Source: Epithemia pelagica (lineage: Eukaryota > Protista > Bacillariophyta). From it: a stretch of DNA of 64,000 nt. The stretch spans positions 5,394,001-5,458,000 of the forward strand of contig OX337229.1 in the NCBI GenBank assembly GCA_946965045.2. The letters are read 5' to 3'. A model generated the notes under the pieces. It was not told where the DNA came from, ran no database searches, and was given only the letters and a program-made list of their open reading frames with translations. This document shows positions 62,961 through 64,000 of the stretch, piece by piece. Made by a program: the position numbers and the translations under genes. Position 1 is the first letter of the stretch. Each line of letters starts with the position of its first letter.

Positions 62961-64000
62961 ATGGGAAACTCGGACTCGAAGCAAGAAAGTTTGACGGATG
63001 CCGTCCAGTTTGGTCCCTGTGGGACAGACCCCTATGCATACCTTAGCTTTGACGAGACCGATTTGCCTCGTGGGTTGAAATTCAGCATGAAGTTTTTGAC
63101 CCGCGAAGAATTTGAGTTTTGCCAGCGATTATGCGATATGGGCCAAGAACATTTGTTTGACGAATGGGACGAAATGAGTGCTGAAGAACGTTTGGCTCTC
63201 GTCAGGCAGCTTTTGAAAGTGGAGGATGAAACAAATCAAGTAGGAGGCCTAAAGAAATACCTCCATGTGGCGGGCAAACTCCTGGACGAATCCTACTTCA
63301 ATGCCGAACGAACCAGCATGCCACTAATGAACCCCATGGTACGAGGTTGGTCTCCATCTGTACCAGCAGAGAATCAAACGTATGAAATCGGCTCCGAAGA
63401 ATTCATGGAGATGGAGGACAAGGGGCTGTCCGAATTGTCGGGCGTTGGATTTTGCATCTCGGCCGTGGGAATGAGCTCGACGCTGGTGACGGGTTGCAAA
63501 TCGCCCATGCCGAAATTTCAGTTGCCCATGGAACTGTCCACAGAAACGACGTATCTACAGAACTGCATTGAACACGTTCTACATATTAGCCGCAACTACG
63601 CAAAGAAGAAGAAGCATCTTCCACTCTGCATCGTGACAAACAAGGAAACGGATGCCTCCATCCGCGAATACCTCGAAAAACACAATTTCTTTGGAATGGA
63701 GCCCTCTTACTTTCATATTCTCTCTCGACAAGAAGGCATTCCAGCATTGGATGACTCGGAGTGCCGCATTGCTCTGGATCCCAATGACCCCACACTGGCA
63801 TTACTTCATGATCGTGGACATGGCGATATGCATTCTCTCTTGGCCGAAAGTGGAACGGCTCAGCAATGGCTGGAGGAGCGAGGATTGAGATGGCTCTACA
63901 TGATTGGACAAGAAACGAATGGTATGGCCTTTCACACACTCCCACTTTTGCTGGGTGTTTCCAAGGAACGAGGACTTCTTATGAACACCTTGGCAGTCCC
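62961..64000 (+). CDS. USP: UDP-sugar pyrophosphorylase-like protein, truncated by the window edge, with a degenerate nucleotide-binding loop
   Basis: Not in the ORF track because it has no stop in the window. Manual translation is open from ATG 62961: GQEHLFDEW, GGLKKYL, GWSPSVP, LPME...TYLQ, LPLCIVT, NFFGMEP, ALDDSECRIALDPND, GHGDMHSLLAESG and ETNGMAFHTLPLLLGVS. Confidence 0.85.
   Translation, partial: MGNSDSKQESLTDAVQFGPCGTDPYAYLSFDETDLPRGLKFSMKFLTREEFEFCQRLCDMGQEHLFDEWDEMSAEERLALVRQLLKVEDETNQVGGLKKYLHVAGKLLDESYFNAERTSMPLMNPMVRGWSPSVPAENQTYEIGSEEFMEMEDKGLSELSGVGFCISAVGMSSTLVTGCKSPMPKFQLPMELSTETTYLQNCIEHVLHISRNYAKKKKHLPLCIVTNKETDASIREYLEKHNFFGMEPSYFHILSRQEGIPALDDSECRIALDPNDPTLALLHDRGHGDMHSLLAESGTAQQWLEERGLRWLYMIGQETNGMAFHTLPLLLGVSKERGLLMNTLAV

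Overview
Eukaryotic nuclear DNA that looks like a diatom: GT-AG introns, bipartite plastid-targeting leaders, a diatom-type Ty1/copia element and diatom-expanded domains. I found no CRISPR array, rRNA or tRNA. The left third (1-18.5 kb) is a rearranged tandem array of a small secreted Cys-rich gene. In one array unit, that CDS is replaced at its start codon by a Crinkler/RHS-type NTPase + restriction-endonuclease-fold gene. A young, intact 9.8-kb Ty1/copia LTR retrotransposon sits just upstream of it. The retrotransposon has non-TG/CA termini, an unusual primer-binding site, a splice donor in the LTR, and an ~840-aa insert with membrane-spanning segments between Gag and protease. The rest holds about 17 host genes: AlgH/DUF179-like, MDR reductase, a pseudogenised giant EGF/FN3 surface protein, FUN14, an atypical SHMT-fold enzyme, SPX-MFS, a class C GPCR, two tandem BolA, a methyltransferase-like gene, a ~2380-aa repeat protein, a class 3 lipase, RNase-kappa-like, DUF6824-like, a type I membrane protein and a USP-like gene. 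Several enzymes or domains have lost conserved functional residues (SHMT-like, USP-like, SPX, BolA2). The SHMT-like and USP-like proteins both begin with an N-myristoylation-type MGxxxSK start. All family calls come from motif recognition by eye, not from database searches.
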